A stretch of 64,000 bases of DNA, taken from Octopus sinensis (lineage: Eukaryota). A program made the translations under genes and the position numbers. Position 1 is the stretch's first letter. The number at the start of each line of letters is the position of its first letter. The notes beneath the pieces were generated by a model that had not been told where the DNA came from, made no database searches, and saw nothing but the letters and a program-made list of their open reading frames with translations. The stretch spans positions 1,798,001 to 1,862,000 of the forward strand of contig NC_043015.1 in NCBI RefSeq assembly GCF_006345805.1. The letters run 5' to 3'. Below are positions 53,452-64,000 of the stretch, piece after piece.

Positions 53452-54708
53452 GTGATGTTACTTGAAATCGTGCACTGTGTACCACGCGTCAGTAGTGGAA
53501 GTGATCGCAAAGCAATGTGACATGAAGTGTTTTGATCAAGAACACAACGAACCACCAGGCTTAGGAATTGAAACTGTAAACACAATCCCTAACCCCTGAG
53601 CGATACACACATACATACACACGCACACAGAGACTATTCTCTGTTGGTTATTTCAAATATTTGTAAGCCACATAAACTATGCCGTGTCTGAAGGCTTTCG
53701 CAGTTAAAACATGTGGTTAGTTTTTAAAGTGGCTTTGTAGTTGAATGAGTTTCGATTTGAATATTTCCAGTAACTTCGCATGTTTCAATTCACATGTTAT
53801 TATTAATAAATATCGTGGGAAGTGATGATGGGTGTTATTAATTTATTTCCACATTGTATCACATAAAGATAAGAAATACTCATTGATGTTTTATTTAATG
53901 GTATAACAAACTAAACAGTTGCTCAAAGTACCAAATATAATCTCAAGTAAATAAGTTACTTCGTAGAAGGCAATCATACTTGTATTATATTAAAACAGTG
54001 GGTGGAAGTGAAAGTAAACGTCACTTGACAAAAATCTAGGCGAGCAATTCATTTTTTTTTCTAAAAGAGGAAACATGAAAATATTTTAAGGAATTTATCA
54101 AAGGAAAACTTATTAAATTTAAAGAAAAAAACTTTATTAATTTTGGTTTGTTTTATTAAAAGTTTATAAAAATCTAATAAATTTTCTTTTGATAAAATTC
54201 TTAAATATGTATAAGCTTAGAGTAGTTTCGATAAGTTTATTTTATTAAAATTTCTAAAAATATTTTTTAATATACTTCCTTTAAAATAATTTTTGTACAA
54301 AGAGTGGGGATGTTTGTCGGCGGTGGATTTACCAGGCCCTCATTAAAACATGCCAATGCAGTTTTATTAGCTATGTGATGTAAGCTGTGCAAAAAATTAT
54401 CCTGTAACTTTTGAAAGTTTACGTTTGCATAAGAATGCAGTGCAAGCGTACTTACGACACAAGAAAATCATTGGTTTCAAGTTTTAGCTCCGGTCCTGCG
54501 ATTTCAGGGAATGGTGTCAATTGATCACATCGAACCCAAAGCTCTACTGGTACTTATTTTATCGATTTCGAATGGATGAAAAACAAAGTTAAAATCGGTG
54601 GAATTTAAACTCAGAGTATAAAGCCGGATGAAATGTTGCTAGGTATTTTGTCCGGCGTGCTAACAACTTTGCCATCTCACTTCTTTCCATCACGAGAAAA
54701 TATCCATT

Positions 54709-54967
54709 ATTTATATTATTTACATTCGACGGATATGTGTTCTCATCTTGTTTGTTTTTGACACAATGTTTCGGCTGATATATCCTCCAGCCTTCATCAG
54801 GTGTTTTGGGGAAATTTCGAACGTGGGTTCTCATTCCTAAGGTATTTTTCGATGTTGTTCTTGCTATTATTATTATTGTTATTATTATTATTATTATTCA
54901 GGTCACTGCTACGAATCGAACTCGGAATCTTGGGGTTAGTAGCCCGCACTCTTAATCACTGCGCCAT
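54709..54967 (-). mobile_element. tRNA-headed SINE with (AAT)n linker and a Penelope-like tail containing a hammerhead
   Basis: A box tggcgcagtgatt (54954-54966), B box gagttcgattc (54913-54923), hammerhead at 54760-54805. Confidence 0.8.
54760..54805 (-). ncRNA. Minimal type-I hammerhead motif
   Basis: AACAC CUGAUGA A GGCUG gaggauauau CAGCC GAAA CA UU/GUGUC; stem III has C.A instead of C-G in this copy. Confidence 0.65.
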
Positions 54968-55020
54968 ATGGCATAGTGGTTAAGAGCGCAGGCTACTAAC
55001 CTTAAGATTCCAAGCAGTGA

Positions 55021-55073
<53 letters not shown>

Positions 55074-55222
55074 TCATCAACAACAACATCGAAAAATACC
55101 TTTGGAATATGAACCCAGGTTCGAAATTTCCCCAAGAAGTCTGGAGGGTATATCAGCCGAAACTTTGTGTTAACAACAAACAAGATGAAGACAAATATCC
55201 GTCAATTGTAAATAATGTAAAT
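54968..55222 (+). mobile_element. Inverted sister copy of the same SINE, lacking the B box and hammerhead core
   Basis: Spacer-less head-to-head junction gccat|atggc; deletions at gattcc[...]aagc and caaga[...]agtctgg. Confidence 0.85.
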
Positions 55223-56109
55223 TCCTCATCTCTTAAATATAGAACTGAGAAAATATCCGCTTTAAATTTTGGCGCAAGCCCTGAAATTTCGAGTAATGGG
55301 TTAAATCGATTTTATCGAACCCTAGTATTTATTTTATCGATCCGGAAAGGATGAAAGGCAAAGTCGATCTCGGAGGAATTTGAACTCAGAATGTAAAGCC
55401 GGACGAAATGATGCTAAGCATTTTGTCCGGCGTGCTAATGATTCAGCCAGGTCGTCGTCTTACGTCACGAGAAATTATTGCATAATGCTTTTGGTCATCT
55501 ACAGAAATACATGCTTTTAGTCAACGTTGAATATACATGTTGAGATGTGGTTGATATCGATAATGCTTTCTAATTTAGGAACAAAACCAGAAATTCTTAA
55601 TGGGAGGCAGGCATTTAGTCGATAACAGCCACCACTTTGCTTCCCTGGCACTTAATATAATCGAATTCGATATGATGAAAGGAAAAATGCTTTCGGATTA
55701 TAAAGATTGCTGATATTAAGATTTTCTAATTGAGACGTAATATTTTGTCTTTTACAATTACGTGTCTCAGTCATTATTAGACGGTGGCCATGCTGGAGCC
55801 CCCCCCCCTTGAAGAATCTTAGTCGAACGAATCGACCGCAGTACTTACATTTTTTTCTTTTTAAAGCGTGGTATTTATTCTATCAGTCACTTTTGCCGAA
55901 CCGCTATACTATGGGGTTGTAAACACAACAACACCGGTTGTCAATTAGTGAGGACACACAAACACACACACATACTCACAATATTTTGCTCCTGTTGCTG
56001 ATGTTTCTCCTCTGCCATTGTTACTGACTCTATAGTCTCTGTGGTCGCTCTTTCCTTCACAGATGTTTGTATTTCTTCAACCGTTGTTATAGTCACGTTC
56101 CTTCAGTTC

Positions 56110-56225
56110 TCTATTTAAGACATGAGGAATTTTGTACATTATTTACAACTGACAGATATTTCTCCTCATCTTGCTTGTTGTCAACACAACGTATCGGCTG
56201 ATATACCCTCCAGCCTTCATCAGAT
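56110..56225 (-). mobile_element. Penelope-like tail fragment with a degenerate hammerhead (56183-56225)
   Basis: CUGAUGA A GGCUG..CAGCC GAUA CG UU GUGUU; GAAA mutated to GAUA. Confidence 0.75.
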
Positions 56226-56433
56226 GAATTAAGCACCAGTTGCATACTGTGGTCGATGTAAAGAACTGGCACCCTCCTCACAAATTTCGGGCCTTGTGCC
56301 TAGAGTAGAAAAGAATAATTAGCATGCCGGGTAAAATGCTTAGCCGCATTTCGTCAGTTCTTTCGTTCACAGTTCAAATTCCATCAATGTCGACTTCGCT
56401 TTTTATCTATTCAGAATCAATAAAATAATATCA

Positions 56434-56700
56434 GTGAAGGCGCGTGGCTTAGTGGTTAGGGTATTCGACTCACGATCGTAAAGTCGTGAGTTCAATTCCC
56501 GGCGAAGCATTATGTCCTTGAGCAAGACACTTTATTTCACGTTGCTCCTGTCCACTCAGCTGGCAAAAATGAGTTGTACCTGTATTTCAAAGGGCCAGCC
56601 AAATCACACTCTGTGTCACGCTGAATCTCCTTCAGAATTGCGTCAATGGTACACGTGTCTGTGGAGTGCCCAGCCACATGCCCTTCCCGAGCAGTCTGTT
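56434..56700 (+). mobile_element. SINE head D joined to the tail of family A
   Basis: gtgaaggcgcgtggcttagtgg...gagttcaattccc...gtccttgagcaagacac...gttgtacctgtatttcaaagggcc. Confidence 0.85.
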
Positions 56701-56881
56701 TCGCTGATCGCATCAGTTGAAACACTTCTCGTCGTAAGTACTGGGGTCGATGTAATCGGCAATCCCCTACCCCGAAAATTGCCGGCATTGTGCCAAAATT
56801 TAAATCTAATATCAGTGCTGTTGCTATTGTTGTTGCTCCTGTTGCTGTAGCTGTCTTTACTTTTATCTCCATCGTCAAATG

Positions 56882-57387
56882 CTTCTTCATCTTCTTCTTC
56901 TTCTTCTTCCAATCACGACTCACGCCATTAACCACAAAGAATAATCTCTAATTCGAGCCTACTCTAAGCTAATAAGAATGCGTGTGGCAACTTGAAGATC
57001 CACCACCACACGCGATAGACTGGTGGTTGCACGGGTGCGAAAGCTACGTTGTTATCCTCATTCCGTAAACGGTGATTTTTAACGGATGGAGAGTTGAACC
57101 ATCCCGGGATACAGAGGATTCGCAATCTAGACAAGGGTCTGAAGGTTTACCACACCATAGTGGGTCACACCATGATTCCTCTGCTTTGTGGAAGAAGTAG
57201 GAAGAAAGAGTGAGAGAAAGTTGTGGTGAAAGAATACAGCGGAGTTTACCACTCATCCTTGCTGGAGCCTCGTGGAGCTTAGGTGCTTTTGCTCAATAAA
57301 CACTCACAATCCCCGGTCTGGGAATCGAAACCGCGTTCTTACGACCGCGAGTCCGCTGCCCTAACCACTGGGCCAGTGCGCCTCCAC
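56882..57387 (-). mobile_element. SINE head A with long (GAA)n tail; second copy of 553-1060
   Basis: Colinear with 553-1060 over about 500 nt. Confidence 0.88.
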
Positions 57388-57789
57388 GTCAGTTATTGTT
57401 GCTGTCGTCGTCGTGTTGTAGCTTTGATGCTGCTTGCGGTAGCGATGGCGATAACAGCGGTATCACTGTCTATTCTTTGACTTTCGCAGCCATTGCTGTA
57501 ATTGGTTGCTGTTGTGGCTGCCAATATAAATGTTACGTGTTGCGCTGCTGGTGGTGGTAGCATTTGGCATGTTGTTTTCGTTGTTGCTCTTTATCGTATA
57601 GCATATTATAATTGTTGTTGTCGTTGGTGGTGGTGTCTTTGTTGCTGCAATACCATTAACTGTACATATTGTGAGAAGAAGCTGTGGGGTATCAATTACG
57701 TAGTCTCCGTCCCAGCAACATTGCATACTCTCTATTTATAATATCATGATTTTTTTTTTTTTGAAGAATAGGTAATTTCAAGAAAGGAA

Positions 57790-57925
57790 AGTAAGAAGTT
57801 CCGCGCCCCGAAGGGAAAGAAAACCGTAACTGTTCACTTCCGCCGAATCCTGGTCAGTTAAATCGATTTTAAAGAGCACAGTTTAACGAACAAAGAACTT
57901 AGAAACGATCTGAAATGGCGTCTTC
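57790..57925. promoter_or_regulatory. Candidate housekeeping-type promoter (ETS and YY1-like motifs, CpG-containing unique sequence)
   Basis: cacttccgcc at 57835-57844 and aaatggcg at 57913-57920; TSS not shown. Confidence 0.3.
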
Positions 57926-58750
57926 ACGATAGAAAAAGAACAAGCCAAAAAAAAAAAAAAAAAAAAAAAACAAAGAAAAAACAAGAACAACAATAACAAA
58001 AAGAAGAACAAGAACAATAATAACAAAAAGAAGAACAAGAACAACAATAACAAAAAGAAGACGAACACCAATGATAATAATCAATGCATCATAAAATTTG
58101 CTGCATTTTTTCTAAACACATTTACCATTATTGCGGAGAATCGTTTGAGCATCAGACACAGGGTTGTCTACGATGCGTGTTCAAATCGCAGTCCACGTTT
58201 ACTTTTCATTCTTACTGCGTCAACAAATTAAAGTAACTTCTATTTATTGCGGCAGCTATGATCGACTAAAGTTCTTCTCCTCCTCTAAAATTTCGATAAT
58301 TTGTTTCCCATCTAAGAAATCCGAATCGTACGGCTTCATAATCTGTTTAGTTTTCCTCCCTTTCGTTTCTCTAATCTCTGCAGCTGTTTTAGTTCACGGA
58401 ATCACACATTAACTCACACAAACACACGCGAGCGCTCACACAAATACACACACACATCTTTCCCTATGACGCCTATGACAAGCCTTTTCGTTTACTCATT
58501 ACAAACTAGCATGATATGATCAAACAGTTATTGATAGCTTATCTTAATTAAATACTGGATAGTATCGAATTTTAATTTTAAAATACGTTTCTATAATAAT
58601 GTTCTTAAATTTGCTGCCTCAATTTTTATGGCTTTATAAATAACGATGATAGTGTCTGACATTCCCTTTTCTTACTCTGTAATAGAATTGATGTTCAGCC
58701 AGTTTCTCAATTTTAACTCTCCAACTCCCTTACAAAGATATACACATATA

Positions 58751-59135
58751 TGGAAGCACTCCGTCGGTTACGACGATGAGGGTTCCGGTTGATCCGAATC
58801 AACGGAACAGCCTGCTCGTGAAAATAACGTGTAAGTGGCTGAGCACTCCACAGACACGTGTACCCTTAACGTAGTTCTCGGAGATATTCAGCGTGACACA
58901 GAGAGTGACAAGGCCGGCCCTTTGAAATACAGGTACAGCAGAAACAGGAAGTAAGAGTGAGAGAATGTTGTGGTGAACGAGTACAGCAGGGATCACCACC
59001 GTCCCCTGCCGGAGCCTCGTGGAGTTTTAGGTGTTTTCACTCAATAAACACTCACAACACCCGGTCTGGGAATCGAAACCGCGATCCTATGACCGCGAGT
59101 CCGCTACCCTAACCACTGGGCCATTGCGCCTCCAC
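58751..59135 (-). mobile_element. Full-length SINE family A with 11-bp TSD
   Basis: atacacatata at 58740-58750 and 59136-59146. Confidence 0.92.
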
Positions 59136-59454
59136 ATACACATATAACACATATAAACATAGATTTATACTCTTGTGTGTGTGTGTGTGTGTGTGTGTGG
59201 GTCTAGTTAAGCTTACATAAAGACAGATATCTTAGGGGTTCGTGTATTCATTTCACGATCGTTCCGTTGATTGGACCGAGAGAAATCATTGTCGTCATAA
59301 CCGACACGGAAAAGTATTTCTACAAAAATCCATATCAAATTTAATATGTACTTTGATTATTTCGATTCGTGTACCGTCTTTGTAACGAAATCTGTCTGTC
59401 AGTCTCATCAGTATCTCTCTGCACACACACACACACACACAAAAAAAAAAAATT

Positions 59455-59963
59455 GTGACCCACTTCGGTCATGAATCACCATGGGATTGCACCTTGAAAG
59501 TTACGCTCCGAGGCACAAGTCAGGGCAAGGTTGTTAATGGAAGACCGGCAGTCGCCCACGCATACCAGCCTCCCCTCTCCACGGCACCAGCGTTATCCAA
59601 GGGAAAGGGACCGATACAGCTTGGCCCCTGTGACGTCGCAGCTCATTTATTAACGTCCAAGTGGCTGAGCACTCCACAGTCACGTGTACCCTTAACGTAG
59701 TTTTCAGGGAGATTCAGCGTGACACAGACTGTGACAAGGCTGGCCCTTTTGGAATACATGTACAACAGAAACAGGAAGAAAGAGTGAGAGAAAGTTGTGG
59801 TGAAAGAGTACAGTAGGGTTCACCACCACCCACTGTCGGAGCGTCGTGGAGCTTCTAGGTGTTTTCGCTCAATAAACATACAGAACGCCTGGTCTGGGAA
59901 TCGAAACCGCGATCCTCCGATCACGAGTCCGCTGCCCTAACCACTGGGCCATTGCGCCTCCAC
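59455..59963 (-). mobile_element. Chimeric SINE: head A, partial tail a, then tail e
   Basis: Switches after ctcagccacttggacg to the tail seen at 37105. Confidence 0.82.
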
Positions 59964-60159
59964 CTACATAGAATTAGCCATTGTTAATTACATAACGATT
60001 TAAACGTGGAAAAAGTAAGGATACGAACCGGAATCTCTCGCCCTCCAGCGTTTGCCCTACGCCAATAAAACGGTTTAAAATAGTGTGAAGCATAATCAAA
60101 TATAAAAATAAAACAATAAATTTTATTTCAATTCAAAGGTTAAAAAAATACTTTTCTAT

Positions 60160-60710
60160 TCTAGGTACAAGGTACGAAATTTGGGTGGGGGCAGTCGATT
60201 AGATCGGCACCATGATGCAACTGGTACTTATTTAGTCGAACCCAAAAGAATGAAAGGCAAAGTCGACCTCGGTGGAATTTGAACTCAGAATGTAACGGCA
60301 GACGAAAGGGCTAAGCTAAACACAGAGGGGACAAACAAGGACAGACACACGGATTAAGTCGATTACATCGACTTCAGTGCGTAACTGGTACTTAATTTAT
60401 CGACCCCGAAAGGATGAAACGCAAGGTCGACCTCGGTGGAATTTGAACTCAGAACGTAGCGACAGACGAAATCCCTATTTTTTTACCACCCACAAGGAAC
60501 TAAACATAGAGGGGAGAAACGAGGACAGACAAACGGATTAAGTCGATCATATTGACTCCAGTGCGTAACTAGTACTTATTTAATCGATCCCGAAAGGATG
60601 AAAGGCAAAGTCGACCTCTGCGGAATTTGAACTCAGAACGTAACGGCAGACGAAATACGGCTAAGCATTTTTCCTGGCGTGCTAACGTTTCTACCAGCTC
60701 GCCGACTTAA
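60160..60710 (-). mobile_element. SINE family B trimer
   Basis: Three body units; one junction via the gctaa microhomology near 60310. Confidence 0.88.
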
Positions 60711-60827
60711 GGTTTAAAACTGTTGAGAAAGAGGCAACGACAAAGGTTATCAGAACGAAATATTAGGAATAATATTAGGAATAATATTTATATGAAAAGT
60801 TATTCGAATTTATCGGAGCAGGACGTA

Positions 60828-61012
60828 AAAAAAAAATATACAGAGTGATCAGGTAATTATGATTTTATTCAACATATTCTCCTCTCAGATTCCCACACTC
60901 ATTGCAGTTGTCCTTCAGTTTTCTAAGCCCTGGAAAAGAACTCGGAAGATTGGGCCCCGGAACAGGCCTTTCTCAATAACCTTAAAACCAGGAACTTTTC
61001 AGCACCGCTTCG
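60828..61012 (-). mobile_element. Mariner-derived MITE fragment
   Basis: Terminus TA|cgaagcggtgctgaaaagttcc on the minus strand, followed by ...CNECGNLRGEYVE*. Confidence 0.75.
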
Positions 61013-61479
61013 TATATTTTATGCGTGAATTTCATTCTGTGCATTCATGCAGAAAAGGCCACATATATATGTGTGCGCGTGTCTGTGTGTGAACATGACA
61101 GTGTCTGTGTGTGTGTGTATGTATATATATATGTATATATATAAAAACACACACACAAAAACAAAAATACATACGCACATGACTAGGTATGTAATTTTCC
61201 GCGAACCAATTAATCTACACTTTCTGGAAGGGGAAATAATTTCAGGCAGGTAAGAATTTAATTTGTATTTTATAAAATATACCTAATTCAGCATATTTTC
61301 TGTTTCAGAGAACTACTGACATTCGAAACAATCGACACGCTCCCCATATGGAGTTGATATTGTTTGCTACCTAGTAATTGGCCTGCCGTTTTTACAAGTG
61401 GAGATAAGCTTTTTAATTTTTTTTTCAAATATATGCCACAAGTCTCCGGAAGCTATTTATCTTTCTTTATACCAGTTAC

Positions 61480-61577
<98 letters not shown>

Positions 61578-62620
61578 GTGTGTGTGCGTGTGTCTGTATA
61601 TATATTCATACATATATACATATATACATACACACACACTCATATATATATATATAATATATATATATATATTATATATATATATATATATATACATATT
61701 TATAAATATGCACTGAAATATAGATATACACGCATATATAGTTACACTTATACATATATGCATGTATAAACACAAATTTGCACATGAAAAACAAAAGATT
61801 AACATATTACAAATAGAGTTAAAGCTATACATACTTACATACATAGACCCAAATTCACATTAAGTTGAATTTATTTGAATATATATATATATTAATTTTT
61901 TGCAAAACTGAAACACGCAACTGATACACACAAACAGAAGTAAAAGGAAAACCATAAAAAAAATCTTTGAAAAACAATTTTTATACCATAATGAATTTGA
62001 AAATATATTATCAAGAAGGGGAACTCAATATACGGAATAATGATGAAAGCCATAAAGTTTATAGTAAATCAGTTGAAATAGAATAGCATGAAACATGATT
62101 ACGTTACAATAGATATTTGAATAAATATATAAGCTTATAAATAGATGGATATTAGATATACAACCACACACACACACGTATCTATAGAATGTTGTAATTT
62201 TAAAATGTCCTCCCCACAATGAATAAAAAAATATGGAAAATTTGGAAATTGTGTGCTATCATACTTGGAATATCCCACGCATGATATAACAGGGATATAG
62301 CATTTTAAAGTGTGAATCTTGAATTCCCAGTCAACTAGATTTTCCTTGTAATTTGCCTTATAAATGCTTTATAATATTTTGTGCAACACTGCCATAATTT
62401 ACATGACTGCTTTAAATATATATGCGATATGACTTACGGAAGTTTCCAGACATTTCGAGGTGTGATAATAAAAATGTCCTAGATTATTGCAGATTTAGTT
62501 TATCGTTGCTAATCATTTAATAATCCGAACTGCCGCATTTTAATTCCAGATTGAATGAAACGGCTCTAACAGCGCTGAGCATACCCTATGAAACACTGTC
62601 ACAGCATACAAGACACTATT

Positions 62621-62981
62621 CATCAACATTTAATCCTGGTAACAATTTGCTTGACAGAAATGGACATCAAAGCTATCTCTCACCCATGCTACAATCCAGA
62701 TGTTGCTCCCTGTGATTTTTCCGGGTTCTTCAAGCTCAAAGAGAAACTCAAGGACAGTCCCTTTTGAAAACATTTAGAATATGGAAGCTATAACAAGAGT
62801 TTCGGACATTATTTTGGTGGATAAAATGTGGCTTGTCACAAAGTGGTTTGAGCGCTACAAGAAATTCATTGAAGAAAGAGGATACGATATGGAAGGAGAC
62901 TAGAGTATAGTACATCTTTCGAATTAAAAATTAATAACCATCGCTCCTGAAAAAGTCTCAATTCTTCTTGAATGCACCTCA
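62621..62981 (+). mobile_element. Mariner 3' remnant
   Basis: SHPCYNPDVAPCDF..FFKLKEKLK; ends ttcttgaatgcacctca|TA. Confidence 0.8.
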
Positions 62982-63674
62982 TATTTATCAAATTAGTTAA
63001 CATTCCCCCAATGTCTCATTGCTCTGTTCAAGGATATGAAATATTTTGAAATTTAGTATTTCGAACTAAAATTAATCAGGAAACATTTACTTGAATTTTG
63101 TTTCCCAGAAGACCCGACAGTGTGCAAGATTTCAGTTGTGCAGTTGCCAAGCAGTCGACAGCAGCTAAGAATATTGGACACATTCCCTCTTACATGTAAA
63201 CCTACGAAATCTCGTACACACACACACACGTACACACACATGTTATTCATATGTGTGTGTGTGTGTGTGGTTTATGCATGAAGATATATATGTATATTTA
63301 CGTTTCATATATGTGTGTATGCATAAATTCATCAGTTCAATATTGATTTTATTAACCTTAAGACAGGCAACGCCCCATACCAACGTATATATATACGAAC
63401 ACACACACATATATATGTGAATACTTATATGTTTGCACATACATAAGTATATATCTATGTATATATAAACAGGTATTTTTGCATATACATACACACACAC
63501 ACGCGCGCGCGCGCGCACACACACACACACCACGCACACACATATATATATATATTGTGTGTGTGTGTGTGTATAATGAAGACAACATACTCTGAATTAT
63601 GTAGAATATGATGTCCAAACTTTGAGGAGTAACTTTGAAATTTTATAAAAGATGACATGAAAATCAAACCAAAA

Positions 63675-64000
63675 TTGATGATGATGATGAAGATGATGAT
63701 GATGATAATAATGACGACGATGATGATTATGACAAAAGCACTGATGAAAATGATGAATATGATGATGAGGATGAAGATAATGATGATGATAATGGGGATA
63801 ATAATAATAATAATAATAATATAATAATAATAATAATAATAATGATGATGATGATGATGATGATGATGATAATAATAATAATAAAAATAATAGTAACAAT
63901 AATAAAAATAATAGTAACAATAATAATAATAATAATAGTAACAATAATAATGATAATAATAATAATAGTAATACTAGTAATAATAATAATACTAATAATA
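63675..64000. repeat. (GAT)n/(AAT)n microsatellite running off the window
   Basis: Direct reading. Confidence 0.95.

Noticed and set aside
54456-54471. ATG-initiated phase-1 mini-exon MIFLC with a strong gtaagt donor as SIAE exon 1
   Set aside because: It lies in a SINE B tail, gives no signal peptide and has an in-frame stop just upstream; probably chance.

Overview
This window is eukaryotic, AT-rich and repeat-dense. The SINE and microsatellite landscape looks like an Octopus genome (recognition from memory, not a database result). One protein-coding gene is supported: sialate O-acetylesterase (SIAE) on the minus strand. I reconstructed 8 GT-AG exons with consistent phases between 46456 and 3601 (1418 nt, about 472 aa), with intact GQSNM, WYQGESN and SVHP motifs. 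The first (signal-peptide) exon was not located. Introns and flanks are filled with tRNA-derived SINEs (several modular and concatemeric families, many with clear TSDs), mariner and hAT remnants, Helitron/Helentron-type elements, R4/Dong and RTE LINE 3' ends, Penelope-like terminal-repeat remnants and long microsatellites. Most ORF-track entries are microsatellite artefacts. The most interesting signals are: (i) minimal Penelope-type hammerhead ribozyme motifs, including a tRNA-promoter SINE that carries one; (ii) several long fold-back palindromes that would form dsRNA; (iii) a TSD-bounded retroposon whose 3' tail matches the dominant SINE family; (iv) combinatorial head/tail swapping among SINEs. 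No prokaryotic features, rRNA or true tRNA genes were seen.
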